Counted from the stretch's first letter, positions 42,577-53,064 are shown. The stretch: 64,000 bases of DNA from an uncultured Nitrososphaerota archaeon (GCA_963824385.1 CAWGPD010000003.1:128001-192000); one strand, 5' to 3'. Program-made: numbers and translations. The notes: generated by a model from the sequence alone, not told the origin.

Positions 42577-42804
42577 ATGGCCAACTATAACTTATCCATC
42601 ATTGCAATTGTAATCGCAGTAGTGGCAGTGATAGGCTGGATCAGTATATCTAGCTACACACAAGAAGCAGCTGCTACCAATATCACTAGTTCTAGTGAAG
42701 CAAAGGTTAGTCTCACAGGCCTGCACTGTACTGCAAGCATGCCATGTCATCTAATTTGTGGCAATCATATGTGTGCTCCAGGCGAGGTACCCAAGCCTCC
42801 ATAA
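42577..42804 (+). CDS. small secreted Cys/His protein
   Basis: HCTASMPCHLICGNHMCAPGE. Confidence 0.7.
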   Translation: MANYNLSIIAIVIAVVAVIGWISISSYTQEAAATNITSSSEAKVSLTGLHCTASMPCHLICGNHMCAPGEVPKPP

Positions 42805-42906
42805 AAATCCAAATTTTTTCTTAAAACCGTCTGAACCAAATGATTCTTTCACCTAATCTTTTTTTACAAGACCTGTTAACTTGATTGAACTGCATTAAAT
42901 GGTATA

Positions 42907-43044
42907 TTGGTCAAGATTGCAAGCAAAATTGAAAAGTTTGAGACTGATATGAAAAAACATCAAAATAGATTAGATGCAATGAAAAACCACATTGACAGTA
43001 TGGATACGGAATTAAAAAAACTAAAACCCAAACCTAAAAACTAA
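42907..43044 (+). CDS. coiled-coil microprotein (45 aa), not in ORF track
   Basis: MVKIASKIEKFETDMKKHQNRLDAMKNHIDSMDTELKKLKPKPKN. Confidence 0.5.
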   Translation: MVKIASKIEKFETDMKKHQNRLDAMKNHIDSMDTELKKLKPKPKN

Positions 43045-43073
43045 GTTTTCTAAAATTATTTTAAATTATAATT

Positions 43074-43502
43074 TTATCTCCAGTGTTTTGTATTGTCTAA
43101 AAATATCTGACCATACTGATTTGCTATCTCTAATTCTGTCTTCCATGAAACTTCACCTTTGGCAAGTAATTGGCTTACTTGGAAAAAATAATGCTCAAGG
43201 TCCGGAGGACTAATTATAAGAACTCGTCCACCATTGTCCCCTGTGACAAATCTATGAGGAACTCCTTTAGGAATAGAAATTACGTCTCCAGTCTTTATCA
43301 TTGTGGGTTTATCATCTAGGATGAACTCATAGTCACCATCCATTATAAAAAAAATCTCGGGACCTCTTGGATGCATGTGTAACGCAGGTCCAACCTTTGG
43401 AGGATGCATTGCATCAAGAACTGTATATTTGCCATTAGATTCCGAAGTGAGAACTTTGATACTCATTTTTACTCCATGAAAATCAAACGGTATGTTCTTC
43501 AT
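43074..43502 (-). CDS. cupin domain protein
   Basis: GPALHMH..EIF; GD.I.IPKGVPH. Confidence 0.9.
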   Translation of the reverse strand: MKNIPFDFHGVKMSIKVLTSESNGKYTVLDAMHPPKVGPALHMHPRGPEIFFIMDGDYEFILDDKPTMIKTGDVISIPKGVPHRFVTGDNGGRVLIISPPDLEHYFFQVSQLLAKGEVSWKTELEIANQYGQIFLDNTKHWR

Positions 43503-43610
43503 GGAATATTTTTCATCACCATATATTTACTTGGATAGTTTTTAGATATTTTCCAACAAATAACCAATTTTATCATAAAGGATATTTACTATATGTCATA
43601 TTATGATATC

Positions 43611-43787
43611 ATGGCAAAAAAATTTGCTTGCTCTGATGTAGTAAGTGGTTGCAGCTGGTCAACTATAGCAAAGGACGAAGCAGATCTGTTTCATAAAATA
43701 TATGAGCATGCAAAACACGTCCATAAGATGGATACCATCCCAGATGAAATAATGACCAAAGTCAAGTCAAAAATTCAAGAAGTTTAA
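43611..43787 (+). CDS. DUF1059 small metal-binding protein
   Basis: FACSD...GC.W.....E.L.....HAK..H. Confidence 0.85.
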   Translation: MAKKFACSDVVSGCSWSTIAKDEADLFHKIYEHAKHVHKMDTIPDEIMTKVKSKIQEV

Positions 43788-43851
43788 CAAATCATACTTG
43801 CATTATAGCTAGACTTGTGACGTTCCGTATTTGTTGGATTTGGAATATACT

Positions 43852-46260
43852 TTACTCAATGCTTACACTTGACGAAGTCTCTGCAGTAAGAGGCACTCCA
43901 CCATTACTTGGCCAGTCAGAGTATGTATCTACATAGATGTTACCAGTTCCAACACTTGCATTGTTTGGAATGTAAAATGATACTTCCATTTCACTACTTC
44001 CAGCTCCAAGTGTTGTCTTGACAGAGCCCACACCAAGACTAGTTCCATCAGAACCTACAAGGTTTACAGTGACTAGGACAGTTTGAGTTGAATTGGATGA
44101 CAAGACAACTTTGGAATAGCTAGTAGTTCCTCTGACAAATGAGGTTACAGTCTTGTCTCCCATCTGATCTGTTGGCTGGGCTGAGACTATAGACAAGCCA
44201 GAAGACTGGGAGATCTGGGATGATACTGTAAACTCTGTACGATAGCTCAATGAATTACCGTTGACAAGTGCAGTTGCAGTAACTTGGTAAGTACCTGCTT
44301 GTGCATTTGGTAAGAGACCTACCTGAAGTTCAGAGTTGCCCTGAGCATCAGTCTGAACTGTTCTTGACGCAACTATGTTTGATGAAGGATCAGTTACAAG
44401 TATTGCAACATTTTGTCCAGCTTGTGCACCAGTTGGACTTACTGTAATAGTTACAGTATTTCCTGGAGCGTATGATGTCTTGTCAGTCTGGATGTTTGAT
44501 GAACTAGTAGTGTATGATGCTTGTGTAACTGAAGATACAGCTGTTAGTGTTGAAGTACCAGAGCTTGCAGCGTGGAGATTATCTCCTCCATAGTTTGCAG
44601 TTACTGTTATTGTACCTGAATAACTTACATTTGGAGTGTATGTTGTTGTACAGTGATCTGATGGGATGTAACAATAAATTTGACTAAACGTTCCACCTGC
44701 ACCATTGTCACTCCATGATACAGTTCCAGTTATGGAACTTGATGATCCCAATGGATCAGTAACAGTTGCAGCAAGTGTAACTGGCTGGTTAGAGTATACT
44801 GGTGCTGGATTTGGCGTAACAGTTGTAATGGTACTGTGAACTGCATTTACTGTAAGATATGTAGAGCTGAGAGCTAGATCTGTGAGTGGAATCTCCGCTA
44901 TAGGTTGCAGTGATTGTTACTGAACTTGGAGCATTTACTGATGGTGTGTATGTTACTGAACAGCTGGCAGAATAAATCGTACAAGAACTAAACGTTCCAC
45001 CTGCACCATTGTCACTCCATGATACAGTTCCAGTTATGGAACTTGATGATCCCAATGGATCAGTAACAGTTGCAGTGTATGTTACTGCCTGGTTAGAGTA
45101 TGTGGATGCAGAATTTGCTGCTATAGTTGTGGTGGTATTGTGAAGTAGATTTACTGTAAGATATGTAGAGCCAGAGCTGAGACTGGTAAGAGGAATCTCC
45201 GCCATAGTTTGCAGTAATTATTACTGAACTTGGAGAGTTTACAGATGGTGTGTACGATACTGAACAGCTGGCTGAATAGACAGTACAATAAGTCGAAGTA
45301 AACGTTCCACCTGCACCATTGTCACTCCATGATACAGTCCCAGTAATGACATTTGCTGATGCCGAAGACTCGGTAATAGATGCAGTAAATGTTACTGGAT
45401 CGCCATAGTATGATGTTGCAGAATTTGGTGAAACTATTGTATTTGTAGACTGGGGTATTGGTGATGAGACATATTGTTGGTATTGTGGCATGTAATTTGG
45501 TACTCTACTCTGATATGTAGCAGCGTGATAAGTCGAGAGCCAGTCCTGGATTCCATGTGAAGATATTATTTTTTGATCTGAAGGGTTTGCACTTGGAACG
45601 TAACCATTTGTATGTGATTGATATGACGTAATTGAATTAAACGTCTTACCACTTGGGATTTGCGATGAATGTGAAAGCGTTGTTCCTCTAAGTCCTGGAG
45701 TATTTACTGGTTGAGCAGAAACTGATTGATTAACAGACTGGCTGAACAGTAGATGGTTGTGTAGAAATTGATTGAACTGGAACTGATTGAACTGGAACTG
45801 ATTGAACTGGAACTGATTGAACTGGAACTGATTGATTAGTAACTGGCTGAACAGTATCTGGTTGAGCAGGAACTGATTGAGTAGAGACTGTTTGAACTGT
45901 AACTGATGGGGTGGCAACTGATTGAGTGGCAACTGTTTGAACAGAATCTGAACGAGTATAAGATGAATGAGTATCAACTGATTGAGTATAGGCTGATTGA
46001 ACTGGAATTGGTTGTGTAGTAACTGCCTGAACAGGAACTGATTGAGTAGAGACTGCTTGAACAGTAGAAGAACCAGGTGATGTATCTGAAGATGACTGAA
46101 CTATAACAGGTGGAATAAATGAAGCAGAAGATGTTGCATTTAGATCTGACACGCTATATGTGGTAGCATTATTACTATCTGCAAAAGAATTCGGTAAAGC
46201 ATACTGTGAAAACATCAAGAGTGCTGTAAGTGAAAAAATAATCATTGCTTTGTTTTTCAT
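43852..46260 (-). CDS. large surface protein: QSVPV pentapeptide stalk plus Ig-like repeats (frameshifts ~45743, 45179, 44869)
   Basis: signal peptide; three GTVSWSDNGAGGTF Ig-like repeats; TDKTSY.PG domain. Confidence 0.8.
45769..45835. repeat. 15-bp tandem repeat (~4.4 copies) encoding QSVPV
   Basis: (TGATTGAACTGGAAC)n. Confidence 0.9.
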
Positions 46261-46297
46261 GCACATAATACGTCATTGAGTTAATAATGAATTGCGC

Positions 46298-46319
46298 CAC
46301 ATTGTTCTGTAACATTGTT
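46298..46319 (-). promoter_or_regulatory. 22-bp palindromic operator upstream of TATA
   Basis: minus strand AACAATGTT-ACAG-AACAATGTG-GCGCAATTC-ATTATT, ATG 28 nt later. Confidence 0.65.
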
Positions 46320-46472
46320 AGTGATGATTTGGATACAAATGATTTGTACACAAACTATAAATCCTATGACCAAAACAAGTATGCCAAGAAACCCTGAAAA
46401 TGCCTCATAATTTGTTTGAGAAATACACACAACTGGTTATTCCTATAGTTTTTCTAGTCATACTATAGTAAA

Positions 46473-46901
46473 ATGCCTCTCAATATCCTGGTTGCAGAAG
46501 ACAATAAAGAACTTGCAGACTCGTATCGTACGATATTGGAAGCAAGGGGTCATACTGTAACAATAACCAGTAATGGAATAGAGTGCACAAATATCTACAG
46601 ACAATACCTAGAGAGACAAGTGGATGGAACAATCAAGCGATATTTTGATCTTGTCATACTAGACCAAAAGATGCTATACAAGGATGGAATCCAGACTGCA
46701 AAAGAGATACAGCAAGCAAACCCTGCACAAAAAATAATCTTCGTTACAGGTTATGGGGAAAGTGTACTGCAAAAACTCCCACAACTCTTGGGAAAAGTAG
46801 TAGTGATGAACAAGCCATTTACAGCAGAGGCATTTGTAACACAGGTGGAAACACTTGGAGCTGGCAAATTACATGAAATGCCAAAAACTATTAGAAATTA
46901 A
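46473..46901 (+). CDS. stand-alone response regulator, paralog of 13622
   Basis: ILVAED, DLVILD, FVTG, KPF. Confidence 0.9.
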   Translation: MPLNILVAEDNKELADSYRTILEARGHTVTITSNGIECTNIYRQYLERQVDGTIKRYFDLVILDQKMLYKDGIQTAKEIQQANPAQKIIFVTGYGESVLQKLPQLLGKVVVMNKPFTAEAFVTQVETLGAGKLHEMPKTIRN

Positions 46902-47039
46902 TCTACTAGTTATAGTTTAGAAAATAACTTTGATTATATTATTTCAGTTCTGCGTCTAGTACTTGCAAGATCTAGTGCATCTTATAACATCACAAGGCAT
47001 TTTTTAAAAAAATTATGTGTGATATTTTAACTGTTCAAG

Positions 47040-47061
47040 AACTTTGTTAGTGTATAATGTG
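47040..47061 (+). promoter_or_regulatory. 22-bp operator upstream of TATA
   Basis: AACTTTGTT-AGTG-TATAATGTG-TAGTAATTC-TTTATT. Confidence 0.6.
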
Positions 47062-47090
47062 TAGTAATTCTTTATTAATTTCTTGTTGTA

Positions 47091-47870
47091 ATGATGATGA
47101 AAATGAATCCACACCAAAACAAACTTCAACTTTTGTCACTAGCTGCAATTCTTGGAGTTGTAATTACTGCATCTCTCGCAACATCAAGTGCATTTGCTGA
47201 TACTGGTCAAACACATGACCAAAGATTTGCAAACATGACATCTTACGCACCAGAACAGTCTGCAGGCATAACGTATCATGCAAATCAACAGTCTCCAAGT
47301 ATCGTATCACATGTAGACCAAAGGTATGTAGATAACACATTGCGTGTAGACCACAAAATTATCGACACAACGTCTCACCAAGACCAAAAATTTGTAGATG
47401 CCACATCTCGTGCAGACCATAAATTTACAAACATTGCGTCTCTTGTTGACCAAAAGTTTACAGACATGTTACATATGGGTCATGCAATCACAGACACAAC
47501 ATCTCACCAAGACCAAAAGTTTGTAGACATGAAATTGCTTGTAGATCATAGAATTGCAGACGTTACAGCTCACATAGACCAAAAGTTTATAGACAAAACA
47601 TCGTACATGAACCAAAAGATTGTAGACAGAACATTGCCAACACCAACAGCAGCATCAACATCAACACCAACACCAACAACATATGTTGATTATGCATCTA
47701 CTCAGACACCAACTACACCAACAGCACAAGCACCAATTCAAATTGACCATCAAAAAATTCCAAATTGGGTAAAAGGCGTTTTTGTCCTTTATGTGCAAGG
47801 AAAGTTGTCTGATGGAGAACTAATCCATACAATACAATATCTGGCAAACCAAGGAATAATCACAGTCTAG
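47091..47870 (+). CDS. secreted His/Asp-rich 11-residue-repeat protein with IPNWVK anchor
   Basis: ~10 HxDQKFVDxTS repeats; KIPNWVKGVF...QYLANQGII. Confidence 0.8.
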   Translation: MMMKMNPHQNKLQLLSLAAILGVVITASLATSSAFADTGQTHDQRFANMTSYAPEQSAGITYHANQQSPSIVSHVDQRYVDNTLRVDHKIIDTTSHQDQKFVDATSRADHKFTNIASLVDQKFTDMLHMGHAITDTTSHQDQKFVDMKLLVDHRIADVTAHIDQKFIDKTSYMNQKIVDRTLPTPTAASTSTPTPTTYVDYASTQTPTTPTAQAPIQIDHQKIPNWVKGVFVLYVQGKLSDGELIHTIQYLANQGIITV

Positions 47871-48316
47871 ATTATTCCTATCCTGTATTATTTTTATTTT
47901 GAAAGCAACTACAGCGTTTAGATAGATGCTTGTTGCAGCCAATTAGTCTATGATCTTTACATCCACACAGGACACACTTTTTTTCCATGTTATAATATTA
48001 CTCTAGACTCTTCATAAAATCTTGCATTCTCTGCATTCTTTTGAAATTTAACGATAACTCATTAAGATAATTTTCTTCTTTGACACATACTATTTTTTTT
48101 ACCATCTGGGATTTGTTATCTTTTTCAATTAAATCACTTTTGGATTTTGTTTCATTCATATTTTTTACAGCGAACTTGACTGTATTATCTACGTGTTTTT
48201 TATTTTGAAAATACTGCCTTTTATGCCTAAAAAATGCAAGATTTGTTGTTTCTATGCCATTTAGAGTGCCTATTTCCATATGTACAGTTAATACCCAGAG
48301 AATAACACCAAAATCC

Positions 48317-48457
48317 ATGTCGTCAATAGATAGAGAAATGTTTCCTACTACATGTGCAGACTGTAAAAAAGAAACACAGGTTCCTTTCAAACCAACAGAA
48401 GGCAGACCAGTATATTGCAAAGAATGTTTACCAAAACATCGCCCAGCACGCTTTTAG
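48317..48457 (+). CDS. CxxC-x17-CxxC domain protein
   Basis: CADC...VPFKPTEGRPVYCKEC. Confidence 0.9.
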   Translation: MSSIDREMFPTTCADCKKETQVPFKPTEGRPVYCKECLPKHRPARF

Positions 48458-48523
48458 GCTGAAAGACGCTTAAACAATTTTTTTTATTTTCATGCTTATT
48501 ATAATATTTTAAAATAAATTCTC

Positions 48524-48820
48524 TCAAGGATTGATGCGCACAAGTGTTGTAGTCGAATGAATCTTGTCTATCTTTCTTATCTTCCATGCAATGATATCTC
48601 TGATGTGGTCTACTGTTGAAGATTCTATTTTTGCTAAAATGTCATAGCTTCCAAACGTTTGAACTACCTCTACTGCCTCCTTGATATTTCCTAGTTGCGC
48701 TAATACTTCAGACTCGTGACCATGTTTGCAGTTGATCATCACATATGTAGTAGACTTGTCATCTGTCTGTAATTCTGACTGTGCGCTTTTCATAAATTTA
48801 TTATTCATGTAATATATCAA
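48524..48820 (-). CDS. Lrp/AsnC ligand-binding-domain protein
   Basis: YVMINC..G.E...FGSYDILAKIE...IRKI..I.ST.TL. Confidence 0.85.
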   Translation of the reverse strand: MIYYMNNKFMKSAQSELQTDDKSTTYVMINCKHGHESEVLAQLGNIKEAVEVVQTFGSYDILAKIESSTVDHIRDIIAWKIRKIDKIHSTTTLVRINP

Positions 48821-48969
48821 AAGGCTTTTCCATGTGAATTACGGTTTTATTGTATCAGTTTTTTATTATTCATATGTCTATGAAGTAATTTCATTGAAAA
48901 TTATTTTAATATGTAATAAAAAAATGAATTATTTTCTTGCATGTTTTTATTTTGAAAATAAAATTTACG

Positions 48970-49281
48970 CTAACGAGTTGTCAATTCAGTAGGCTTGATC
49001 TTGTTTTTCATATAAGGAATTAGTTTTCCTAGATCTTCCATAGCATCTTCGATATTTTTTTTCTGCTGTATAGCAAGTTTTGGGCCAATTCTTTGCTCGT
49101 ATTCAGAAATTTCTACATAAAGTTTCTGCCCCTTGTCCATAAGCTCATGTGCTTTTCTGATAGGGTCAGTATGATTGTTCCAACCCCAGTTAAGCTTTGA
49201 AATCTCACCAGATAACTCGAAAATTTTAATTACTTTAAGGAGACCTTCTTCATCGAAATATTCTGACATATAAACAAGCAC
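48970..49281 (-). CDS. conserved hypothetical protein
   Basis: clean ORF. Confidence 0.7.
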   Translation of the reverse strand: MLVYMSEYFDEEGLLKVIKIFELSGEISKLNWGWNNHTDPIRKAHELMDKGQKLYVEISEYEQRIGPKLAIQQKKNIEDAMEDLGKLIPYMKNKIKPTELTTR

Positions 49282-49369
49282 TTGGAAACTGTTTTTAAAG
49301 ATTGGTCTGTATCATATGCTCCAAACACCCTGTGGCTTTATTACATGAGAGAGATTTTTGTGCGTAATT

Positions 49370-49729
49370 CTAATGTATGCATACCCTGCTTACTAGATCC
49401 TTGATCTCTTTCATGTTGAAGGGCTTGGGAAGAACTGCTGTTGCCCCATACTCTTCTAATTTTGATTCAACATTGACAGAGCCTGAGACTAGAACTACCG
49501 TAGCATTTGGATCATACTCTTTAATTTTTTGCAGTCCATAGAATCCATCATATTGTGGCATCTCAATATCCATGAAAAGGATATCAGGTCTGTGTTTTTG
49601 ATACAACTCTGCAGCTTCTTTGCCATTTCTTCCTGTACCTATGACATTTATGTTGCTAAATTGTAGCAATTCAACAAAACATGTGAGAAGTTCTTTATTG
49701 TCATCAACAACTATTGCATTAATTCCCAT
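49370..49729 (-). CDS. response regulator (REC)
   Basis: IVVDD, DILFMDIEMP, VSG, KPF. Confidence 0.92.
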   Translation of the reverse strand: MGINAIVVDDNKELLTCFVELLQFSNINVIGTGRNGKEAAELYQKHRPDILFMDIEMPQYDGFYGLQKIKEYDPNATVVLVSGSVNVESKLEEYGATAVLPKPFNMKEIKDLVSRVCIH

Positions 49730-49934
49730 AAGACTATAGAGATTATGATTCTTCTATTAGGATAGAGTTTGTTCTTTGCAAACAAGCTTTAAAAAATTAC
49801 AATTTTGACATGCAGTGTCGTGCAAAATACAAGATCTAATTATTTTTTTAAAAAATTTGCAAAGTATTATTCCAAGACATGCGTTGATTTAAATACTCAT
49901 TATAATTCTGTTTTTTATAATAGGTAGATCATAA

Positions 49935-50501
49935 ATGCCCTTTTCATTTCTTGATAGTATTGATTCGAAAAGGCACCTGATGCTTGTATATGATGATATT
50001 AAAAAAGCCAGAGAAGTAGAATTTCATTTTATAAGACGTGGTCTTGAGAAAGGTGAAAGAGGCATTTATCTTACACATGATGATCCAAAATTAATAGAGC
50101 ATGAAATGGAAATATATGGGATCAATCTCAGGCATTACAAAAAAAGTGGCATGTTGCGAGTATGCCAATTGCCAAATCCTATGGAGCATTCTGAAGGTAT
50201 TCTAAAAGGTATAGAGGGCATACTACATCAAATCACTATGGACTCAAAAACTCCATTTAGGATTGTAGGAAGAGTGATTCCTGATGTAGGATTTGAAGAA
50301 GGAATGTCCGTTGAACATTACCTTGAAAAGACATTTCATGCAATATTTGATGATTTTAACGGTTCTCTCATGTGTACGTATGATTTTTCCCAGATCCAGT
50401 CAAATAATGAATGGAGAACATGGCTTGCTAAACTGGAAATGTGTCATCATGCATCAATATTGAACATATATGAAAAGTCTCAAATCAAGATAACTGCATG
50501 A
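49935..50501 (+). CDS. MEDS domain protein
   Basis: HLMLVYD..FI..GLEKGE..IY; E..E; CTYD; HH. Confidence 0.8.
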   Translation: MPFSFLDSIDSKRHLMLVYDDIKKAREVEFHFIRRGLEKGERGIYLTHDDPKLIEHEMEIYGINLRHYKKSGMLRVCQLPNPMEHSEGILKGIEGILHQITMDSKTPFRIVGRVIPDVGFEEGMSVEHYLEKTFHAIFDDFNGSLMCTYDFSQIQSNNEWRTWLAKLEMCHHASILNIYEKSQIKITA

Positions 50502-50573
50502 TAGAGTTTTTAGTTCTCAAAACTCCTTCAATTAAACAATAGATCTAGTCTGTAATTTTTCAAAATTATTCTA

Positions 50574-50882
50574 TTACAAATAATCTAGACCCATCTTTTC
50601 AGTAAACTTGCGTATTTTTTCACAATCTTTTAAAAATTGTACTCCTTTTTTTGTAAGTCTTATCTCATCATGGTCTAGTAACATCTTTTTTTCTTTTAGT
50701 TCATTTAGAAATTTTGTCAGGGAATCATAAGACAAACCACTACTAAACTGAATTCTAGTAGGTCTGACAATGCCCGAATTCTTACTTTCTTGTATTATTG
50801 AATTTAATATAGCGCAGTAAATCTCTAGTTTATTTCGTCGCTCACGTCTTTCTAATATTTTCATCTCATGCCTCACTGTCAT
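50574..50882 (-). CDS. winged-helix regulator, paralog of 9455
   Basis: RRNKLEI..IL...PTRIQFSSGLSY. Confidence 0.8.
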   Translation of the reverse strand: MTVRHEMKILERRERRNKLEIYCAILNSIIQESKNSGIVRPTRIQFSSGLSYDSLTKFLNELKEKKMLLDHDEIRLTKKGVQFLKDCEKIRKFTEKMGLDYL

Positions 50883-51630
50883 ATGGTAGTTTTAAACCTT
50901 TAAGGTTATGTTTTCTGTTACTATTAGAATCATAAATAATTTTTGCAAAAATTCCAAGTCCAATGTCTTTTACAAGAAATGCGGTGATTACAGAACTTAG
51001 GCTACCTTGTAGACTAAAAAGTAATAATGAAACTTGACCTACAAGAAAAATACCATATACAAAGGGGATATAAGATAATCCCTTTCTTGGATTAAAAATT
51101 ATACTCTTGTATGAAATGATGATAACATATGCCAATGCAGCGATGTTGAATATTCTAAAATATTCAGAATAATCTGTAACTGGAGGAAGGCTAGAGTTGT
51201 TGAAAAACCATGTTGCCAGAATTATGGAAGAAATTGGTATTGTAGATAACATGCCCATTTTTAACGGAATAGATTTTATTCCTACACGTGTAGAAGTAAA
51301 ATACGCCAATGCTAAAAATCCAAAAGCAAAAGACATTGTAACAAGTCTTAACCAGAAATATAAATTAAATAAGTTCAGATTATTTATCGTAGGTAAAATC
51401 AAAACCATAAAAACATCTGTAAAAGACATAAATCCAAAGCTTAGAGTGATTCCAAGCAAGACGTTGCTTTGAACTGTTTTATACATTCGGTAGGCATAGA
51501 CTGAGATAACTGCTCCAAAAATGATAGATGCTATCTTACTTGCCAGGTAAATTGGGTGAAATGAAACATTCTGAAAAGCATCATAGATTCCACTGTGTAC
51601 TAGATTTTCTAACAAGAATGAATCATGCAA
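50866..51630 (-). CDS. seven-TM membrane protein (sensor-like) coupled to wHTH gene
   Basis: ~7 hydrophobic helices; overlaps wHTH start. Confidence 0.7.
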   Translation of the reverse strand: MHDSFLLENLVHSGIYDAFQNVSFHPIYLASKIASIIFGAVISVYAYRMYKTVQSNVLLGITLSFGFMSFTDVFMVLILPTINNLNLFNLYFWLRLVTMSFAFGFLALAYFTSTRVGIKSIPLKMGMLSTIPISSIILATWFFNNSSLPPVTDYSEYFRIFNIAALAYVIIISYKSIIFNPRKGLSYIPFVYGIFLVGQVSLLLFSLQGSLSSVITAFLVKDIGLGIFAKIIYDSNSNRKHNLKGLKLPYDSEA

Positions 51631-51804
51631 ATATTTCCACTATGATATTTATCGCTTTTTAGCATTATTTATTGAAATTATGATTATCATAATTGATAAT
51701 TATGATCTTGTTTTATTATAATTCCATAATCCACGCCTAAAATCTGCCATATGCTATCAATCACAATAAATTACTGATTAGAAAATAATTATTCGCCCCA
51801 ATAT

Positions 51805-51945
51805 GCACGCAGACGGACTGGGATGATGAAAGATGATTTTTGGTCCACCCAGCCGTGCTACAGGGCACCCCGGTAATAGAACAAGATGAGGATTAAGGCT
51901 AAACGTACCAATGACTCTATGTGGGTCAGAACCGGGGGACATTCT
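51805..51945 (+). ncRNA. candidate two-hairpin H/ACA-like guide RNA
   Basis: GC-rich island; GCACG/CGTGC-T-ACA and CCCCGGT/ACCGGGG-G-ACA; T-tract after. Confidence 0.55.
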
Positions 51946-52095
51946 TTTTACCTATATTTTTTAAAAATATCTGCAATCAAAAGAATTTTTGAGATTTTAT
52001 ACAATAAATCAGAACTTAATTCAACTAAGGTACTATGATGATCTTGGTACGAAAACGACAGATCCATTGATATATTTGCATTGTATAGGTATTAC

Positions 52096-52335
52096 ATGGC
52101 AACAGCATACGTGCTAATAAATTGTGAACTTGGCTCAGAAGAATCTATAATTTCGCAACTCAAAGCAATTAACGGAGTCAAGGAAGTTCACGGTACCTTC
52201 GGGGCCTACGATATTCTAGCAAAGATAGAATCTCCAACAGTGGAAGCACTAAGAGAGATCATCACATGGAAGATTCGTAAAATAGAGAAGATTCGTTCAA
52301 CTCTAACCTTGATGGGCATAGAAGGTCAAAGCTGA
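52096..52335 (+). CDS. Lrp/AsnC ligand-binding-domain protein
   Basis: AYVLINCELG...FGAYDILAKIE. Confidence 0.9.
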   Translation: MATAYVLINCELGSEESIISQLKAINGVKEVHGTFGAYDILAKIESPTVEALREIITWKIRKIEKIRSTLTLMGIEGQS

Positions 52336-52426
52336 AACACTAGAAAAATTTCCGCTCATATTTTTAAAACCATCCTAGAGAATTCTCTAATTTTTATGCA
52401 AAGACCTTTTAATTGTGTTGTAATCT

Positions 52427-53002
52427 TTGCACCATGTGCTTCTTCACTTTATTTTTATTGTAAAAGAGGAAGAACTAGAGCAAAGAAGATGGGAGTTTGA
52501 GTATGTGCAAAAAATGGCCCAGTTCTATAAAATCTGGATAGAAAAGACGTTTTCTAGAATAGTTGAAGTCCAAGCAGATGAGATGATTGTAAAACCAAAA
52601 GGACGATTTGGAATTATTGATACGCCTACATTGCTGCTAGACCATGAGAGCAGGGGAGCTGATATTTTTCATTTTTATCTTACTTATTTTAGGCCAATCT
52701 GGACTGATTGTACATGTGAGGGATACTTTGCAGATAATTTCGGAATGGTCCAGTGGACCAAGAGCCCGCAACGAGATGACATACATCATATGATGGAGAC
52801 AAACTGTCCCAAAGTATCACATGAGATTACTCATGAATTTCTAAGACAGGCAGGATACAAAAATTACAAAGAGCTAGTTCATGAAATATGGGACAAGCAT
52901 CTTTTTGCATCTTTACCGTATGAGCATTATGATTCAAATTATTTGCAAACAGAAAATAATGCACTCTTTGCAACTCTAGATACTTCGAGTCTGCATTCCT
53001 AG
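52427..53002 (+). CDS. conserved thaumarchaeal protein with HExxH motif
   Basis: WTDCTCEGY; SHEITHE. Confidence 0.75.
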   Translation: MHHVLLHFIFIVKEEELEQRRWEFEYVQKMAQFYKIWIEKTFSRIVEVQADEMIVKPKGRFGIIDTPTLLLDHESRGADIFHFYLTYFRPIWTDCTCEGYFADNFGMVQWTKSPQRDDIHHMMETNCPKVSHEITHEFLRQAGYKNYKELVHEIWDKHLFASLPYEHYDSNYLQTENNALFATLDTSSLHS

Positions 53003-53064
53003 AAATTGACAATTTTTTTGTAATGTCCATAAAAGACTATAAGTAAGTAATTTAGAGTTTTTTT

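Noticed and set aside
45730..46070. CRISPR-like periodic repeats
   Set aside because: 15-bp in-frame coding repeats without unique spacers; no cas genes.
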